Assembly: GCA_964398045.1 (NCBI GenBank)
Contig: CAYNLM010000001.1
Coordinates: forward strand, 13,964-77,963
DNA from: an uncultured Nitrospira sp.
Lineage (GTDB): Bacteria; Nitrospirota; Nitrospiria; Nitrospirales; Nitrospiraceae
DNA: 64,000 nucleotides
Direction: 5' to 3'
Part shown: piece after piece, positions 34,528 to 44,383 of the stretch
Layout of the letters: each line of letters begins with the position of its first letter
Position numbering within the stretch: position 1 is the stretch's first letter
Program-made: the position numbers and the translations under genes
Notes under the pieces: model-generated
What the model was told of the DNA's origin: nothing
The model's database searches: none
What the model saw: the letters and a program-made list of their open reading frames with translations, nothing else

Positions 34528-35240
34528 GGAGCCTGCTGCTTGCAGTTCAAGAGTTCGCTGACCGTCATCGGCTTGAGACCCTTATGGGGAAGCACTTCGA
34601 TGGTGAGGCGCTCGATCACCTGGCGGGTCTGCCTGCCCTTGCCGTTCGCGTGGAATACGATGATGCTGCCCGGCTTCGCGCGCTTCGACACGCGCGCCAG
34701 GATCTGCTCGGTCGAGAGACTGGGGTCCGGATCCCCGGATTCGATGCTCCATTGAATGAATCGCAGGCCAAGCGCTTTCACCACATCGACCGTCACGTCG
34801 TTGTACTCGCCGTACGGCGGTCGAAACAGCGTGCTCTCATGGGCATAGTGTTCCTGAAGGAGCTTCACCGGGCGGCTGATTTCCTCCCGCTGCTCGTCGA
34901 TATTGTGCATCGGCAGATGGGCATGCACCTCGCCATGGGTGCCGATTTCGAAAAAGCCGATCCCGAGGAGATGTTCGACCTGTTCATCGTGCTTTGCCAT
35001 CCACTTGCCGGACATGAAGAACGTGGCAGGAATTTGGTGCTCAGTCAGATAATCGATGATCGCCTGGTCGTACCCGGGCCCCTTCCGGACCGGACAAAGG
35101 TCGAAGGTCAACGCGACGCCCGGGCAGGAGGGCGGACCGGACGTGATGACTTGGGTCCATCCCATCGTGGGTCGCGAGAATCCGAGACAGAACATACCCG
35201 TTACAAGCACGAGTCGGAACGTGGGCGACATTTTCATCAC
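34524..35240 (-). CDS. Polysaccharide deacetylase (NodB homology) family protein, secreted
   Basis: Signal peptide. 'VALTFDLCP' (the NodB TFDD motif with the second Asp replaced), 'GTHGEVH', 'FRPPYGEYN'. Confidence 0.7.
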   Translation of the reverse strand: MMKMSPTFRLVLVTGMFCLGFSRPTMGWTQVITSGPPSCPGVALTFDLCPVRKGPGYDQAIIDYLTEHQIPATFFMSGKWMAKHDEQVEHLLGIGFFEIGTHGEVHAHLPMHNIDEQREEISRPVKLLQEHYAHESTLFRPPYGEYNDVTVDVVKALGLRFIQWSIESGDPDPSLSTEQILARVSKRAKPGSIIVFHANGKGRQTRQVIERLTIEVLPHKGLKPMTVSELLNCKQQAP

Positions 35241-35306
35241 GACTAGTATACCTGAACAGGACGGTCATGGTTGACCGCGAATTTGCACGGCTGATACGGT
35301 GAGTCT

Positions 35307-36464
35307 ATGCAATGGCCATCGTGGGAGATTGGGCGGGCCCTCGGCATTCCCATTCGCGTGCACGCGTCGTGGTTCCTGGTGTTTCTGTTTGTGACCTCGA
35401 CGTTGGCGACAGGGTATCTGCCGGAAAGTCTCCCGGGTTTGTCGGCGGAACGATATTGGGCCATGGCTGGAATCGCCGCGGTGCTGCTCTTCGTCTCCGT
35501 GCTGCTCCACGAACTCGGCCATTCGTATGTCGCGCTCCGGTATCGCATTCCCATCGAGCAGATTACCCTCTTTATCTTCGGCGGCGTGGCGCATATGCGG
35601 AAGGAACCTCCCAGCCCGCGCGCCGAATTTCTGATTGCAGTGGCCGGGCCTGTTGTCAGTTTTCTTCTCGGCGCGATGTGTTTTGGGTTTGTCGTGCTGG
35701 CGGAATCTGTTCAAGAGCAGGGGCTGCAAGGCCTGATCATGCTTGGAGCCTTGCTCGGCATGGTGAACGTGCAACTGGGCCTGTTCAATCTGATTCCTGG
35801 GTTTCCGTTGGACGGAGGGCGAGTCTTGCGTGCCGGGTTATGGGCGTGGGGAAAGGATTTTTATCGCGCCACGCAACAAGCGGCGATGGTGGGCCTTGGA
35901 TTCGGCGTCCTACTTGGACTGCTTGGAGTCGGGGTGATCGTGGGAGCCTTGACCGGTGGGCTGCCCGCTTCCGTGGCATCGAATGGCGGGTGGGTGATCT
36001 TCATCGGTATGTTCTTGTTTGCCGCCGCGCTGGCCAGCCGCCGCCAGGCCATCCTTCGGCAATCGCTCGGGGCCATTCCGGTGCGGGATCTCATGGTGCA
36101 GACGGTCGTTTCGATCCCACCCGACTGCACGTTGGATGAGGCGGTCAATCAATACTTCCGGCCTTACGGGTATGGAGGGTTTCCGGTCATAGAGGATGGA
36201 CAACTCGTCGGCCTCGTGACGGTCTTGGAGATCCAGAACGTGCCGTCCGCACTCTGGAATTGGCGCACAGTGGGACAGGTGATGCGCCCATTTGCGCCGT
36301 CGCTCGTGGTGGCTCCCGATGCGCCGGTCATTCAAGCCATGGAGCGCATGGCTCGGGAAAGATGGGATCGGCTTGTCGTGATGGAAGGCGACCGGATTGT
36401 CGGCTTGGTGACTCATTCGGCCATCGTGCATTTCTTGCAGCTGCGCAGCCCTGCCAGACGCTAA
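35307..36464 (+). CDS. Site-2 protease family (M50) metalloprotease with tandem CBS domains
   Basis: 'LLHELGHSYVA' (HExxH), 'NLIPGFPLDGGRVL', and a C-terminal CBS pair ('...GGFPVIEDGQLVGLVT...', '...LVVMEGDRIVGLVT'). Confidence 0.85.
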   Translation: MQWPSWEIGRALGIPIRVHASWFLVFLFVTSTLATGYLPESLPGLSAERYWAMAGIAAVLLFVSVLLHELGHSYVALRYRIPIEQITLFIFGGVAHMRKEPPSPRAEFLIAVAGPVVSFLLGAMCFGFVVLAESVQEQGLQGLIMLGALLGMVNVQLGLFNLIPGFPLDGGRVLRAGLWAWGKDFYRATQQAAMVGLGFGVLLGLLGVGVIVGALTGGLPASVASNGGWVIFIGMFLFAAALASRRQAILRQSLGAIPVRDLMVQTVVSIPPDCTLDEAVNQYFRPYGYGGFPVIEDGQLVGLVTVLEIQNVPSALWNWRTVGQVMRPFAPSLVVAPDAPVIQAMERMARERWDRLVVMEGDRIVGLVTHSAIVHFLQLRSPARR

Positions 36465-36470
36465 CCTGCG

Positions 36471-36535
36471 CCAACCGTCAATCGGTCTGAAATCTTAGCT
36501 TCGAACGGTTGACGAGTGACCATTGACGAATGACG
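36471..36535. repeat. Inverted word-repeat element (CGTCAA / period-7 TTGACG-type words) between convergent genes
   Basis: CCAACCGTCAATCGG at 36471-36485. The heptads GTTGACG, AGTGACC, ATTGACG and AATGACG lie at 36508-36535. Confidence 0.6.
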
Positions 36536-36538
36536 TTC

Positions 36539-37897
36539 TCATCCGTCCGCCCGTGCCACGGAAATATTCTGGGCGATGGCGACCCGGATAAGGTGGACGA
36601 CGAGGAGAAATCCGTAGACGACGCAGAAGAATTTGAAGGTCACGCGGTAGAAATCCATCAATAAGATAGGCAAGCACAGTGCAAACAACAGGCTGGCGAT
36701 GAGCGTGGCAAAGGTGAGCCGCCGGCAGAATTCGTACGACGGCTCCTTCCCGATGGGTTTGAGGGCGCGGGCATAGCGTTCGGCTCGCTGGAGGCGGGCC
36801 TCGTGCAGCGCATCGTCGCTGGGACCCCAATATCGGAGATTGAAATAGCCGTACACCATGAAGAGCCAGGGCACGGACCAGAGGGGCCAGTACATGGTGC
36901 CGGCGTAGTCTTCGCTGCTGATGAGCACGGCGTAGGAGGGGACGTAGAGCAGCCCCAGCACGAGCGGCAGAATGCGTTCATCGCCGGGCCGATCGCCTTC
37001 CGGGCCGCCATGAATCAATTCGCGCTCGAAGAGCGGATAGCCGTACTTCAGGACGACCAACGCGATCGCAGCGCTCATCGTTTTGTCCGGAATGTAGCGA
37101 ATGCAGTTCTGAAACCAGTTCACCACGTACCATCCGATGTGTTCGCTCCAGGTCAGGCCCAACAGAGATTCAAGATACGATTGCACCGCCCCTTCCCAGG
37201 CCGCGATCCGCGCGCTGAGCGACTCGGCGACTTCCGGATTCAAGGCGAAGATCGACCGTTCATGGAGCGCGGATTGCACGAGGGTGCCGGGTATGCTCAT
37301 GACCACTGCGCCGGCGACCCCGAAGCTCAATAAAAACCAGGCGTGCGCCAGGCCTGAACTCTTGCCGGTCCGCACGTATTTCTGAAAGCCCGCCTGTCGC
37401 GCCAACATGCCCCAGAACAGGGCGCCCGTCATGTTGACCAAGGACCAGGGAAAGATCACCACGTCGGCGCCGGCCTCGGGGAAGAGCAGCCAATTGACGA
37501 CGGAGTTCGACAGGAGGGCCACGATGGCCCCCCACCAGGGGCCCAGTAGAATGGCCACGAGAGCAGTGCCCGTCATATCGAGAAACAAAATGCTTTCGAG
37601 ATGGCGGCTGAGAGTCAGTCCCACGTAATTCAGCAGCACACCCGACGCGATAATCACACTCGTTTCATTCAGCAGCAGGTAGGAAGACCCTCGCAAGGGT
37701 TTTGAGGAAAAGAAATCGATGCTGGAGATGGTCTCAGTGGAGACGCGCTCCTGCTGAGGGGGCATCTTGCGATCTTTCTTGCTGTGCATACGGTTCTGGA
37801 TGTCCAGGAGTTTTTCCATGACGGTCAGCAAGGCTGCGATAAAGCCGGCGATCGTGCCCCCGAGCATCATGAGTTCTTTGCCGTATTCTTCCAACAT
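36539..37897 (-). CDS. Polytopic membrane protein of unknown function (ECF-S-component-like core plus C-terminal extension)
   Basis: More than 8 predicted TM helices. The segment 'FLDMTGTALVAILLGPWWGAIVALLSN' resembles ECF transporter S components. No other motif. Confidence 0.5.
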   Translation of the reverse strand: MLEEYGKELMMLGGTIAGFIAALLTVMEKLLDIQNRMHSKKDRKMPPQQERVSTETISSIDFFSSKPLRGSSYLLLNETSVIIASGVLLNYVGLTLSRHLESILFLDMTGTALVAILLGPWWGAIVALLSNSVVNWLLFPEAGADVVIFPWSLVNMTGALFWGMLARQAGFQKYVRTGKSSGLAHAWFLLSFGVAGAVVMSIPGTLVQSALHERSIFALNPEVAESLSARIAAWEGAVQSYLESLLGLTWSEHIGWYVVNWFQNCIRYIPDKTMSAAIALVVLKYGYPLFERELIHGGPEGDRPGDERILPLVLGLLYVPSYAVLISSEDYAGTMYWPLWSVPWLFMVYGYFNLRYWGPSDDALHEARLQRAERYARALKPIGKEPSYEFCRRLTFATLIASLLFALCLPILLMDFYRVTFKFFCVVYGFLLVVHLIRVAIAQNISVARADG

Positions 37898-38044
37898 GCT
37901 GGAGTGTCCTCCTTGTGCCGGTAGCCATTCTAGCGGGGAAGGGGACCCCTCGCCAGGAAAAGGGCGGAAGTTGCATGAGCGGAAGCGGGCTTCAGGATTG
38001 GATTGGCGACGATTGAGAGCGTATGGGCGTGAACGAAATCACGA

Positions 38045-38911
38045 TCAGGCAGGGCTGGTTTCCGTCACAGTGGCTGCGGGCACATGGGCCCGCTGTTGAA
38101 GTTTATGGGCGATGACCGCGCCGAGCAACAGGAGTACGGCTGAATAGTACACCCAGAGCAGGAGGAGCACGACTTCCAGCAGTGACCCGTACAGGCGAAC
38201 GTACACCGTCGCGTATCCGCTGTAGGTGACGAACAACAGCTTGGCCGCGACCCACAGGACTCCGAAGGTCATGGCTCCGACCATCGCCTCTCGCCATTCA
38301 GGGCGACGGCGCGGCACATAACGGTACAAGAGGCTCACCGTCAGGAAGGCTAAGACGAAGGGAAGCGTATAGGTGAGCAGGAAATCGTGGGCCGCGAGAC
38401 CGACGAGATCGAGCCCCCACAGCCGGGGAACATAGCCGATCAGAAAATTGATCGTTTGGGTCGCGACGTAGGACACGATGAGCAAGAGTCCGGTCGCTCC
38501 GAGCGACGCGACCGAAATGGCGGTGGAGATCAGTGGATGCCGCCGCCAGGTGCTTTCGAAGACGACATTCAGGGCGTAATCCAGTTCATAAAAGACCAGT
38601 GCTCCGAACCAGGCGAAAGACAAAAAGACGATCCAGCGGACACTTTCCAACGCACTGATCCGGTGCAGCTCTTCAGCGAGCCGTTCACCCAATGAGGGCA
38701 AGAATCCTTTCAGGAAGCTCAGCAGAAATTGTTCGCCGATCACGTCCTGAGTCACCAGGAAGCTGATCCCATAGAGCAGGAGGAACACGAGGGGAAAGAG
38801 AGACAGCAGGGAGAAGAAGGCCAGAGAGGCGGCCAGGCTGGCGCACCCATGTCGCTGAAAGGCCTTGAACACATCACGAATGAAGCGGAGGACGTCCATG
38901 AAACTTTTCAT
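38045..38911 (-). CDS. YihY/BrkB (virulence factor BrkB / 'ribonuclease BN-like') family membrane protein
   Basis: 'ASLAFFSLLSLFPLVFLL', 'YGSLLEVVLLLLWVYYSAVLLLLGA', six TM helices. Confidence 0.75.
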   Translation of the reverse strand: MKSFMDVLRFIRDVFKAFQRHGCASLAASLAFFSLLSLFPLVFLLLYGISFLVTQDVIGEQFLLSFLKGFLPSLGERLAEELHRISALESVRWIVFLSFAWFGALVFYELDYALNVVFESTWRRHPLISTAISVASLGATGLLLIVSYVATQTINFLIGYVPRLWGLDLVGLAAHDFLLTYTLPFVLAFLTVSLLYRYVPRRRPEWREAMVGAMTFGVLWVAAKLLFVTYSGYATVYVRLYGSLLEVVLLLLWVYYSAVLLLLGAVIAHKLQQRAHVPAATVTETSPA

Positions 38912-38969
38912 AGAGAGAAGGGTAGCATGGCCTGCGCCGACCCGCTGATCCGACGAGAAAGTCGGGGAT

Positions 38970-40448
38970 CTACTTCAATGTCAGCACGGCTTGGGCCGCG
39001 AAGTTCACGATCGGATTGGGATAGATCCCGAGGATGACCACGCCGGCCACTGCACAGGCGAGCACGATGGACAATGTCGGCGACATGACGAGCCGCGGTG
39101 AGACATCCGTAAGTGTCTCCGGCTCGCGCATATACATGACCATCACGAGACGCAGATAGTAATAGGCTGAAATTGCGGCGAAGACGAGGGCTAGGACGGC
39201 GAGCCAGGTCATTCCCGCTTCCACCGCGGCCATGAAGACGTAAAACTTCCCGATGAAGCCGGCTGTCGGAGGAAGGCCGGCCAGCGAGACCATGAACACC
39301 AGCATGAGCAAGGCGCCTACGGGATGGCGTTTGGCGAGGCCGGTGAAATCTTCAATCTCTTCCCCCTCAAGCCCGCCTTTTCGCAGCATCGCGACGATGG
39401 CAAAGGCGCCGAACGTCATGAACGCATAGAGGGCGATGTAAAGGAGCACGCTCGCGATGCCTTGCGCACCGCCCGTTGCGCCGCTCAAACGTCCGGCCGC
39501 CACCACGCCGATTAGTGCATAGCCGGCGTGGGCAATACTGCTGTAGGCCAGCATCCGCTTGATGTTGGTTTGCACCAGCGCCACGACATTGCCGAGGACC
39601 AGCGTGGCGATGCAGAGCAGCAAGAAGATCGCGGACCAGTCGGCCTTCAGTCCTCCAAGGCCTTCGATGAAGACGCGCAGAAATGCCCCGAAACTTGCGG
39701 CCTTCGAGGCTACGGCCATGAAGGCCGTCACGGAGGTCGGTGCGCCTTGGTAGACGTCGGGCGTCCACATATGGAAGGGCACGACGGCCAATTTGAATGC
39801 GAACCCGACGGCCAACAAAATGGTGGCGAACAGGAGCAAGGGATCATCAAGACTTCGTCCGCCGATGGCCGCGGCGATGGCGGGAAGCCTGGTGCTGCCG
39901 GTCGCTCCGTACAGAAGCGAGATACCGTAGAGCAGAATGCCGGATGAAAAGGCGCCGAGCACAAAGTATTTCGCCGAGGCTTCCAGCGAGCGGGGCTCCG
40001 ATCGTTTGAGCCCTGCCATCACGTAGAGCGAAAGGGACATCAGTTCGGTGCCGAGATAGATCGTCAGGAGGTCGGCAGCCGACACCATCACCATCATGCC
40101 GCAGAGCGCGAGCAGCACGAATCCGTAGTATTCCCCGAAGTACAGCCGTTCTTCTTTTAGATAGGAAAAGGACAAGAGCACCGTGAGGCCGGTCACGAAA
40201 TAGAGCAGCAGTTTCCAGAAGGCTCCATAGCCGTCGATGACCACAAGCCCGCCGAAGGCCGTCGCGGGATGGGCCATCTGCGAAGCGGTCAGTCCCATGC
40301 AGATCGCGAGAGTCCCGAGACTCAGCCAGGCCAGGCCGTCCTTCTTGGAGGCATGGATCACCGGATCCAGCGCGAGGACGAGGCAGGCGGCCGTGATGAC
40401 AAGCAGCTCGGGAAGGATGAGGAGAAGGTCGTTGGCCGCGAAGGTCAT
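38970..40448 (-). CDS. nuoN: NADH-quinone oxidoreductase subunit N
   Basis: 'FHMWTPDVYQGAPTSVTAFMA', antiporter-like, last gene of the operon. ATGA overlap with nuoM. Confidence 0.9.
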   Translation of the reverse strand: MTFAANDLLLILPELLVITAACLVLALDPVIHASKKDGLAWLSLGTLAICMGLTASQMAHPATAFGGLVVIDGYGAFWKLLLYFVTGLTVLLSFSYLKEERLYFGEYYGFVLLALCGMMVMVSAADLLTIYLGTELMSLSLYVMAGLKRSEPRSLEASAKYFVLGAFSSGILLYGISLLYGATGSTRLPAIAAAIGGRSLDDPLLLFATILLAVGFAFKLAVVPFHMWTPDVYQGAPTSVTAFMAVASKAASFGAFLRVFIEGLGGLKADWSAIFLLLCIATLVLGNVVALVQTNIKRMLAYSSIAHAGYALIGVVAAGRLSGATGGAQGIASVLLYIALYAFMTFGAFAIVAMLRKGGLEGEEIEDFTGLAKRHPVGALLMLVFMVSLAGLPPTAGFIGKFYVFMAAVEAGMTWLAVLALVFAAISAYYYLRLVMVMYMREPETLTDVSPRLVMSPTLSIVLACAVAGVVILGIYPNPIVNFAAQAVLTLK

Positions 40449-41995
40449 GGATGGACCTCCGCAGAGACAGAGACCGGTTCCTTCTCCAGTGCCGCGGGAT
40501 CCTGGCCGGCCGCTGAAGCCGGTTCCGGAACCGCGGGCAACGACCGCGCGATGACCTTCTCCACGCTGGCATGCATACGCGTCAAAATGGGATTGGGAAA
40601 GAGCCCGATCCAGAAGACCAGCACGATCAGCGGCACCAGCGTGACCATTTCACGCTGATCGAGGTCGCGGAGCTTGGGCAGAAAATGCGGCGATGGGACA
40701 CCGAATGCGACGCGCTGGACCATCCAGAGGATGTAGGCGGCGGCGAGAATAATGCCGAGCGATGCCAAGGCCGTCGCGATTTTGCTCCAGAGGAAGGTCC
40801 CCGCCAATACCAAAAACTCGCCGACGAAGCTGTTCGTGCCGGGCAAGCCGAGCGACGACAGCGCAAGAATGACCAAGAGCGTGGCATAGCGCGGCATCGG
40901 CTTCGTGAGTCCCACGTTGTCGGCGATCTGCCGGCTGTGGGTGCGTTCGTAAATGATGCCCACGCAGAGGAAGAGGCCGCCGGTGGTAATGCCGTGGTTG
41001 ACCATCTGCATCACGGCGCCTTCGATGCCTTGGATGTTGAACATGAACAAGCCGAGCGTCACGAATCCCATGTGGCTGACGCTTGAATAGGCGATGAGTT
41101 TCTTCAAATCCGCCTGGGCCAGGGCCATATAGGCGCCATAGATGATCGCGACGATCGAGAGGATGACCATGAGCGGGGTGAAGGCGAGCGAGGCATCCGG
41201 CAACATCGGGAGGCTGAAGCGCACAAACCCATACGTGCCCATCTTGAGCAGGACGCTTGCGAGAATGACGCTGCCGGCGGTCGGCGCTTCCACGTGGGCG
41301 TCCGGCAACCAGGTGTGGAAGGGGAACATCGGGACCTTGACGGCAAACGCGGCAAAGAAGGCGAGGAACAGCCAGAATTGCAGCGAGGTCGAATAGGCGC
41401 CTTGGCTCAATTGCAGAATGTCGAAGGTGTGGCCTTGGAAATACAGCACCAGAATCGCGACGAGCAGCAGCACGCTTCCGGCCAGCGTGTAGAGAAAAAA
41501 TTTGATCGCGGCATAGAGGCGATTCGGTCCGCCCCAGACACCGATCAACAGATACATCGGGATCAACATCGCTTCCCAGAAGACGTAAAACAGCACAAAG
41601 TCGAGCGCGGCGAATACGCCGATCATCGCGCCTTCCATGACCAACAGCATGGCCATGAAACTCCTGATTCTGGTTTCAACGGACCGCCAGGAAACTAATA
41701 CGCAGAGCGGCAGGAGCACCGTCGTCATCAAGACCAGCGGCAAGCTGATGCCGTCGAGGCCGAGCCGGTAATGGATCGGCGGCGCCGTGACCCACGCGAC
41801 TTGTTCGGCGAACTGCATCTGACCGGAGGAATCGTCGAAGAGCCACCAGAGTGGCAATGAAATCAGCAGGTCGGCGACGGTGATCACGAGCGCCGCCAGC
41901 CGCACGCTCGTTTCTTTGACAAAGAACAGCGCGACCGCTCCCGCCAGCGGAATAAAGATCAACAGTGTCAGCCAAGGAAAGGTCGCGGTCGTCAT
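40445..41995 (-). CDS. nuoM: NADH-quinone oxidoreductase subunit M
   Basis: 'FHTWLPDAHVEAPTAGSVILA'. ATG 41995 ('MTTATFPWL'); the ORF track begins at TTG 42016. Confidence 0.9.
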   Translation of the reverse strand: MTTATFPWLTLLIFIPLAGAVALFFVKETSVRLAALVITVADLLISLPLWWLFDDSSGQMQFAEQVAWVTAPPIHYRLGLDGISLPLVLMTTVLLPLCVLVSWRSVETRIRSFMAMLLVMEGAMIGVFAALDFVLFYVFWEAMLIPMYLLIGVWGGPNRLYAAIKFFLYTLAGSVLLLVAILVLYFQGHTFDILQLSQGAYSTSLQFWLFLAFFAAFAVKVPMFPFHTWLPDAHVEAPTAGSVILASVLLKMGTYGFVRFSLPMLPDASLAFTPLMVILSIVAIIYGAYMALAQADLKKLIAYSSVSHMGFVTLGLFMFNIQGIEGAVMQMVNHGITTGGLFLCVGIIYERTHSRQIADNVGLTKPMPRYATLLVILALSSLGLPGTNSFVGEFLVLAGTFLWSKIATALASLGIILAAAYILWMVQRVAFGVPSPHFLPKLRDLDQREMVTLVPLIVLVFWIGLFPNPILTRMHASVEKVIARSLPAVPEPASAAGQDPAALEKEPVSVSAEVHP

Positions 41996-42073
41996 GGGCA
42001 ACCGCTCCCAAGGCAAAAGGCAAAAGTAACAAGTAAAAGGTTTGCGAGAGAGTTTTGGAACATCACTTTTTCC

Positions 42074-43969
42074 TTAGAACAGCAAGTATGCCGTCACAAT
42101 CACTATGCCCACTGCCATCGCGAGTGCGTAATGTTGTGTCTGCCCGCTTTGGACCAGCCGCAGCAGCCATCCGCCCCAGGCGACCGCCCGGGCCACGCCG
42201 TTTACCGCTCCATCAATCACCGCCACGTCCACCCGCTGCCACAATTCGGAGGCCGCGCGAAATGTCGGCCGGACAAAGGCCCGATCGTAGGCTTCATCCA
42301 CGTACCATTTGTTGAGCGATGCTTGATACAGGGCCTGCCACTGTCGCGCGAAGCGGTCGGGCAATTGCGGGTTGAGCACGTAGACATAGTAAGCCGTTGC
42401 GATGCCGCTCAAGCCCATCACGGTCGCCACAACCATGATGCCGAGACCGGCCGAGCCATGATGAGCGGCGGTTTCGTTGCCCGACGAGAACACCGGTTCC
42501 AGGAACGAAGGAATGCCGAGATAGCCGGTCAGAACGCTGAGGACGGCAAGGATCAACAGGGGTATCGTGATCGTGCGTGACGGCTCGTGGATATGCTTCG
42601 CATGGTGCGGATCCACCCGCGATGGGCCCCAGAAGGTCACAAACACCAGCCGGAAACTATAAAAAGCCGTGAGCAGCGCGGTCAGCAATCCAAAGACCGT
42701 GAGTATCTGTCCGAGCGTTCCTGACGACCAGGCCGACACCAACAGATCGTCCTTGCTGAAGAAGCCGGCCGTCAGCGGAAAGCCGGCCAGTGCCAGCGAG
42801 CCGACGACAAACGTCCGATAGGTGATGGGCAATTTATCTTTGAGGCCCCCCATCCGGCGCATGTCCTGCTCATGGTGCAACGCGATGATGACGGAGCCGC
42901 ATCCTAAGAACAGCAAGGCTTTGAAGGCGCCGTGCGTCAGCAAGTGGTATATGCCGGAGGCGTAGGCTCCCAGTCCGCAGGCCATGATCATGTAGCCCAG
43001 CTGGCTGACCGTCGAATAGGCGACGATGCGCTTGATGTCGGTTTGCGTCAACGCGATGGTAGCCCCCAGGACCATTGTGGCGCCGCCGACCAGCGCGACG
43101 ACGTTCATGGCCATGGGAGACAGGTTATACAGGGGAGCCAGCCGTGCCACCAGGAACACGCCGGCTGTGACCATCGTGGCGGCATGGATCAAGGCAGAAA
43201 TCGGCGTCGGCCCTTCCATGGCATCCGGCAGCCAGACGTGCAGAGGGACTTGCGCCGATTTGCCGATCGCGCCCATAAACAGCAAGAGGCAGATCAGCGT
43301 GAAGACGGAGATCTCCCACGTTCCACCGAAGGGCCCCAGCACGTTCATGGTCAGATTGGCCGCTTCATGGGCGGCCGGGAACACCTCGAGATAGTTCAAG
43401 GAGCCGAAGCTGTACCAGACGAGTAAGAGCCCGAGCATGAACCCGAAGTCCCCGACTCGATTGACGACGAAGGCCTTAGTCGCCGCCGCACAGGCCGAGG
43501 CGCGCTCATACCAATGTCCGATCAGGAGATAGGAGCAGAGGCCGACCGCTTCCCAGAAGACGAACAGTTGGAGCAGGTTGTCGGCCAGCACGAGCATCAA
43601 CATCGAGAAAGTGAAGAGCGCAATGTAACTGAAGAACCGGGCGTACCCTGAGTCGCCGTTCATGTAGCCGATCGTGTAGACGTGCACGAGCGAACTGACG
43701 ATCGTGACCAGCAGAAGCATCACGGCCGTCAGCCGGTCGATATAAAGCCCGATCTGAATGTCGAGGTGTCCGGAGGTCAGCCACGCATACAGCGGGACGG
43801 TAATAACCGATCCGTTCACCACTTCGATAAACGCCGCGATCGAGAGCGCGCACGAAAGAAGCACAGCCGGAACAGCCACGAGATGAGCCCGTTCCTTGAT
43901 GCGTGAGCCGGCGAGGCCCAAGACGAGAAAGGCGGCCAGTGGAAGCAGTGGGATGAGGGCGTAGATCAT
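42074..43969 (-). CDS. nuoL: NADH-quinone oxidoreductase subunit L
   Basis: 'LHVWLPDAMEGPTPISALIHAATMV'. 631 aa with a C-terminal lateral helix region. Confidence 0.9.
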   Translation of the reverse strand: MIYALIPLLPLAAFLVLGLAGSRIKERAHLVAVPAVLLSCALSIAAFIEVVNGSVITVPLYAWLTSGHLDIQIGLYIDRLTAVMLLLVTIVSSLVHVYTIGYMNGDSGYARFFSYIALFTFSMLMLVLADNLLQLFVFWEAVGLCSYLLIGHWYERASACAAATKAFVVNRVGDFGFMLGLLLVWYSFGSLNYLEVFPAAHEAANLTMNVLGPFGGTWEISVFTLICLLLFMGAIGKSAQVPLHVWLPDAMEGPTPISALIHAATMVTAGVFLVARLAPLYNLSPMAMNVVALVGGATMVLGATIALTQTDIKRIVAYSTVSQLGYMIMACGLGAYASGIYHLLTHGAFKALLFLGCGSVIIALHHEQDMRRMGGLKDKLPITYRTFVVGSLALAGFPLTAGFFSKDDLLVSAWSSGTLGQILTVFGLLTALLTAFYSFRLVFVTFWGPSRVDPHHAKHIHEPSRTITIPLLILAVLSVLTGYLGIPSFLEPVFSSGNETAAHHGSAGLGIMVVATVMGLSGIATAYYVYVLNPQLPDRFARQWQALYQASLNKWYVDEAYDRAFVRPTFRAASELWQRVDVAVIDGAVNGVARAVAWGGWLLRLVQSGQTQHYALAMAVGIVIVTAYLLF

Positions 43970-43975
43970 ACTAAA

Positions 43976-44074
43976 TTGGTGATGTGGTGATCTGGTGATT
44001 TGGTGAAGTGACCAAGGGATTCCATAAACGACTTCGCTAAATCACGCAATCACCAAATCGCACCTTCCTTCACC
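43976..44074. repeat. Inverted word-repeat element (period-8 TGGTGA x4 / complementary ATCACC-type x3-4), nuoL/nuoK spacer
   Basis: TGGTGA occurs at 43977, 43985, 43993 and 44001. The complementary arm at 44041-44074 has period 8. GATTTGGTGA (43997-44006) pairs perfectly with TCACCAAATC (44050-44059). Confidence 0.7.
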
Positions 44075-44375
44075 ATTTCAACAGGTTGAAATCTTCCACG
44101 TTGATGCTGGACTTGGACCGGTGCAAGGCAATGATGATGGCCAGTCCGACTGCCACTTCCGCCGCCGCCACCGTTAACGCAAAAAAGACAAAGACCTGAC
44201 CGCCCAGGTCCTGAAGATGCTCTGAAAATGCGACGAAGTTAATGTTGGTGGCGTTCAACATCAGCTCGACCGATAACAGGATCGCGATGATGTTGCGCCG
44301 AATCAGGACGCCGGCGACGCCCGTCAGAAACACAATGGCACTGAGAATGAGATAGTACGACACAGGAATGGTCAT
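44070..44375 (-). CDS. nuoK: NADH-quinone oxidoreductase subunit K
   Basis: '[28 protein letters not shown]...[12 protein letters not shown]'. The 5' extension in the ORF track (to 44477) merely translates the heptad repeat. Confidence 0.9.
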   Translation of the reverse strand: MTIPVSYYLILSAIVFLTGVAGVLIRRNIIAILLSVELMLNATNINFVAFSEHLQDLGGQVFVFFALTVAAAEVAVGLAIIIALHRSKSSINVEDFNLLKW

Positions 44376-44383
44376 GAAATGCT

